Shown here piece after piece: positions 60,621-64,000 of a stretch of DNA of 64,000 nucleotides (the first letter of the stretch is position 1; each line of letters opens with the position of its first letter). The position numbers and the translations under genes were made by a program. The notes under the pieces are model-generated. The model had not been told where the DNA came from, made no database searches, and worked only from the letters and a program-made list of their open reading frames with translations. The stretch comes from Albugo candida (taxonomy: Eukaryota): assembly GCA_040437565.1 (NCBI GenBank), contig JBDOQK010000024.1, positions 1 to 64,000 on the forward strand, in the 5' to 3' direction.

Positions 60621-61890
60621 ATGTGCTTCGTAGCCGGGATGTGGGCACTATTATTAGTCGTGTTGTATCAGGCGGATAGAAAGCTGCTTGATAGAATCAA
60701 TCATCCATTGCATGATGATACAGCCGTGGTCTTCAAGAAGCCAGTGATGATTCCATCAAACTATATCGAGCCGATGTCGAAAATTGTGCGAGAACGAAAT
60801 ATTGAAACGTTGAATTTTCTTGACTTATTGATAGTCGTGTCAGTTGGAGGAAACACTGTCTATGATACTTCAAACGCGCGACCCAGCTCGATATATACAA
60901 AGATTCTTACAAAAAAGCATTAAGCTACGCGATTGTTGTCGCAAGCGTTTGCTCATAATATGGTCAGGAAAAATGAGTCAGTCTAGTATTTGTCCGATCA
61001 TATCAAGTATATTAATCTCACAAAGCAGAGTCAGAAAGAAGATGCTCCAGCAAAGTAATCCGTTAGATTATTCGACTGTCTGAAGAAAGAGACCGACGCC
61101 AGAAAAAAGTCTCACGACCGCAAAGTTTCTTCCAAAGCAAGTGCATCAATTACTATGCCCGCATAGATTTCGTGCTTGTTGTGTAGGAGTCCAAATAAAT
61201 GTCCGAGGTTGTGTATATTGACCGACCCAGTTCTTAGTAGTGATAGTCTTCACCGTAGCCGCTGTGTTCAGATCAATTCGACGAGCAGAACAATGCTGCG
61301 TCTGAGACCTGATCATGAACTTTGTTATTACCGCGATCTATGAGCCTTTTTGATCAAGTATGGAAGAATGCCAGCGTAAGAATGAAATCTTGTCAAGTTG
61401 CAAGGCGCATTGCCTCTGACGTCGAACGTATAGGTTTGCATCGAACGCCTCGCTTGATCTCACCGCTTGGTAATTGTCGCCATAAAAGAAGATGAAGTGG
61501 AAATGCAATACGTGAGGGAAGAAGTTCAGCTGGTGCTCTTACGGAAGCTTTCCTTGCATACTTGTAGATGGACCTGAAGTCTAACGTGTCACATCCATTC
61601 GACTCGTATAAGGCTTCGATCTTAAATCAACACAGTAAGTGGTGAAAGTGGTTATTGTTTCTGACGAAATGCACTGGTCATAAAAACAAGTGTAACGATA
61701 GGAACTGGTAGACACTTACCTTCCTGTTTCAAATACATTCGGCCGGTCGATTCGATTGTCGAATATACGGTACCAGAACAATTTGCAATTTGTTTATTTC
61801 CTGGCTTCTTGTTGAAGGCAGGACGATCAGTACTGGAAACTACGTTTGGCAGCACTTTTCAGTCTCATGTGTAAACGCCATTCACCAGTC
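60621..61890 (+). pseudogene. Decayed secreted-protein gene, subfamily C, copy 4
   Basis: Leader MCFVAGMWALLLVVLYQA, open for ~100 aa then stops; later IASDVERI and ICNLFISWLLVEGRTISTGNYVWQHFS. Confidence 0.5.
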
Positions 61891-62483
61891 TCATTCAATA
61901 TAAACAAAGCGGCATTATCACTGTGCACTCACTGGACAGCTGTAGTGATTTGCGTACACGATAAATAGAGCTTGTAGAAGTCAGGTAGCTCAGCATATCC
62001 CCATACGCGCAAGATGAAGTTGGAAATGTCCAGCACCTTCCGACGATTAAGGACGGTATGTACACTAGCTTGGTAGCTAGGAAGAAATTTGCCACGAGAC
62101 AAAGCATAGCGATGGGCACCATGCACCACGTTGTTATCTTAGGCTTAAATACGCCTCGGTATTCAAGAAGGCTGGAGAAAGCATGCATTCTAGAATACTG
62201 AGCGTTGTAGCTTGGTATGTTTCGACGGAAAGCATCCCCCGCACATCCTTCTGCCGTATTTAACTACCAATGGTGCAGTTTGGAACTTGAAGAGAAAGCA
62301 GAAAGCACGCAATTTAGATTACTAAACGTTGCAACATGCTGAACTTATAGATACAGTATGATATATCAGGTTGAAGGACACGCTATTCTGAATCCTGGAA
62401 ATGGAATCATTTTTGAATAGTCGACTAAGCGCACTGCAGTACATTGACAAAAAAGTGGAAAGAACAGGTTGGGGTAAGAGCAG

Positions 62484-63545
62484 ATGAAAGCCTTTTCTCT
62501 CAAAACGTACGCTGCTCTTGCACTCGGGGCATTACAAGCTCGCCATTACTTTGTCGCCGCTACATTAGATTTGAGCGTTATAATATGGCCTGAATTAAGC
62601 TTCGAGAATGGCCGTCTTTCCATTGACCAAAAGGAAAAGTATACTGTATCGATTCACTCAGATCACATCATAGGCCGTAGTGCGCTGACAAGTTTCATGA
62701 ATCTGGTGCGTGGTTCGACAAGCCAAAGTAAAGGTATTATGCGATACGATGCGAATGATCAGCTCAGCCAACCTCTACTAGAAGAGCCAGGTACTGCTGA
62801 GTACCATTTGGCTCACGATGTAGAAGACCAGTCGAGTATTTGGAAGTATGCCACACCTAAAACGGAGGATCTCATTAAAGTTTCACATACCACCAGCTGG
62901 ACTTTGCCTGGATTCGGATTAGAAGAATGGTTCGAAGTTAAACTGCTATATGCTTACGACGGTGTTTTTTTTATGCAACATAAAGCCTATGTGGATAGGC
63001 ATGAGGGGTTATATACTTATACATGGACAACGGACAAAAAGTATACGCTCAAACTCGGAGGATCAGAGAAATTACTTGCCTCAAATCCCCTGGAAGACCG
63101 ACTTTCACAGGCGACTTTGGTATATGACGGGGATATGTGCTATTCGAATAATGTGCGACTAGATCTTGACATAAATACTATCAGTATACCAACAATTCTT
63201 TACAAACGAATCGAAAAAAGTCTAACTGAGCTCGGATGTCGGAAAGCAGGAGTAAATGAGCATTTTCTGTCGAAAGGACTGAGTTCCGATAAACTCAACC
63301 CATCAAAAGGGTCGAGAATGACGATCAGCGTGAGGTATTTTGGTCTTCCAACTATCCCCATCGATCTCTCTGCATATACCGTGACTGATAAAAAAAGCTG
63401 GACTGCTATGTTCCTGGAATCAAAGGACAGTGCATTAGTATTTGGAGCTCCAATATTACAGCAATACTCTATTACCATTCACAAAACCAAGAGTGAAAAA
63501 TTACATTATTTCCATCTTGCAAGGGACCCGGTTTCTTTGGAATGA
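62484..63545 (+). CDS. Secreted degenerate aspartic-protease-like protein, subfamily A (A3)
   Basis: Intact 353-aa ORF; leader nearly identical to A1; VRLDLDINTISIP and ALVFGAPILQQYSI. Confidence 0.82.
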   Translation: MKAFSLKTYAALALGALQARHYFVAATLDLSVIIWPELSFENGRLSIDQKEKYTVSIHSDHIIGRSALTSFMNLVRGSTSQSKGIMRYDANDQLSQPLLEEPGTAEYHLAHDVEDQSSIWKYATPKTEDLIKVSHTTSWTLPGFGLEEWFEVKLLYAYDGVFFMQHKAYVDRHEGLYTYTWTTDKKYTLKLGGSEKLLASNPLEDRLSQATLVYDGDMCYSNNVRLDLDINTISIPTILYKRIEKSLTELGCRKAGVNEHFLSKGLSSDKLNPSKGSRMTISVRYFGLPTIPIDLSAYTVTDKKSWTAMFLESKDSALVFGAPILQQYSITIHKTKSEKLHYFHLARDPVSLE

Positions 63546-63689
63546 AATCGGGGTAATCAGTACCTATTGAACTTTATATAAAGCCCATAGCGATTGTTAC
63601 ACAAATACAAGATACAAGATTTATCGTCAAATTGATGTATTGAACTGCGATATAGATTACTGAAATAGTAATTGTGGGATGAGCCGTGA

Positions 63690-64000
63690 ATTTGACTTTG
63701 CGGAGCGCGAGAGCTAATGCCTCCTTTGTTGGAAGTTGAATGATGAAGATGAAGCCACAAAGGTTTTGCAGGAGGCAGAGGAGGAATCAATCCCGATAGC
63801 ACCAACTTTTGTGATTTCGGGCCGACGAAAAGACTTGATATCGCTTAGTCGTTTGATCTGTGTAAACGCTTGGTTAAGACTATTGAGAAAAAATCAGAAT
63901 GATGAAACCCGTACGGAACATACGTCGACATGGAATGCTTTGTTGTCTTACACTTCGAAAATGAGGTTGGTGAAACGTAGGTTTCGTGCTGTCTTACCTT
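63690..64000 (+). pseudogene. Decayed repeat unit D, copy 3 (runs off the window)
   Basis: Similar to 45300-45510 (ATGAAGC.ACAAAG..TTTGCAG, CGTCGACATGGAAT, AACGTAGGT). Confidence 0.4.

Noticed and set aside
1-64000. CRISPR arrays, rRNA, operons, prophage or intact transposase/RT genes
   Set aside because: None seen; the sequence is intron-containing eukaryotic DNA with no regularly spaced repeats or TE enzyme motifs.

Overview
Eukaryotic DNA, most likely an oomycete (short GT-AG introns, a FYVE-GAF fusion protein, a very compact gene layout; Albugo-like is my inference, not verified). It is a draft scaffold with fifteen 100-N gaps; eleven have the same sequence on both sides (unmerged contig overlaps), which creates false duplications in several ORFs. 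The window has two compartments. (1) About 1-36 kb is gene-dense housekeeping DNA: tRNA-Met (partial), transketolase, CGI121, RPAP3-like, NudCD1-like, Oxa1, Atg17-like, cyclophilin, a secreted protein predicted to start with His, a Myb/HMG-like protein, V-ATPase subunit e, tRNA-Pro, FYVE-GAF, an S41 peptidase-like protein, GLE1, RPS27, two cryptochrome/(6-4) photolyase paralogues, FAM227-like and OGFOD3. (2) About 36-64 kb is a gene-sparse array of old segmental duplications. Its passengers, methylmalonate-semialdehyde dehydrogenase and alpha-carbonic anhydrase, are pseudogenes in all three copies each. An intronless family of predicted secreted proteins resembling degenerate pepsin-fold proteases stays open (4 full ORFs, 1 gap-truncated, and probably several decayed relatives); this candidate effector family is the most interesting feature. 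All family assignments come from motif recognition by eye, not database searches.
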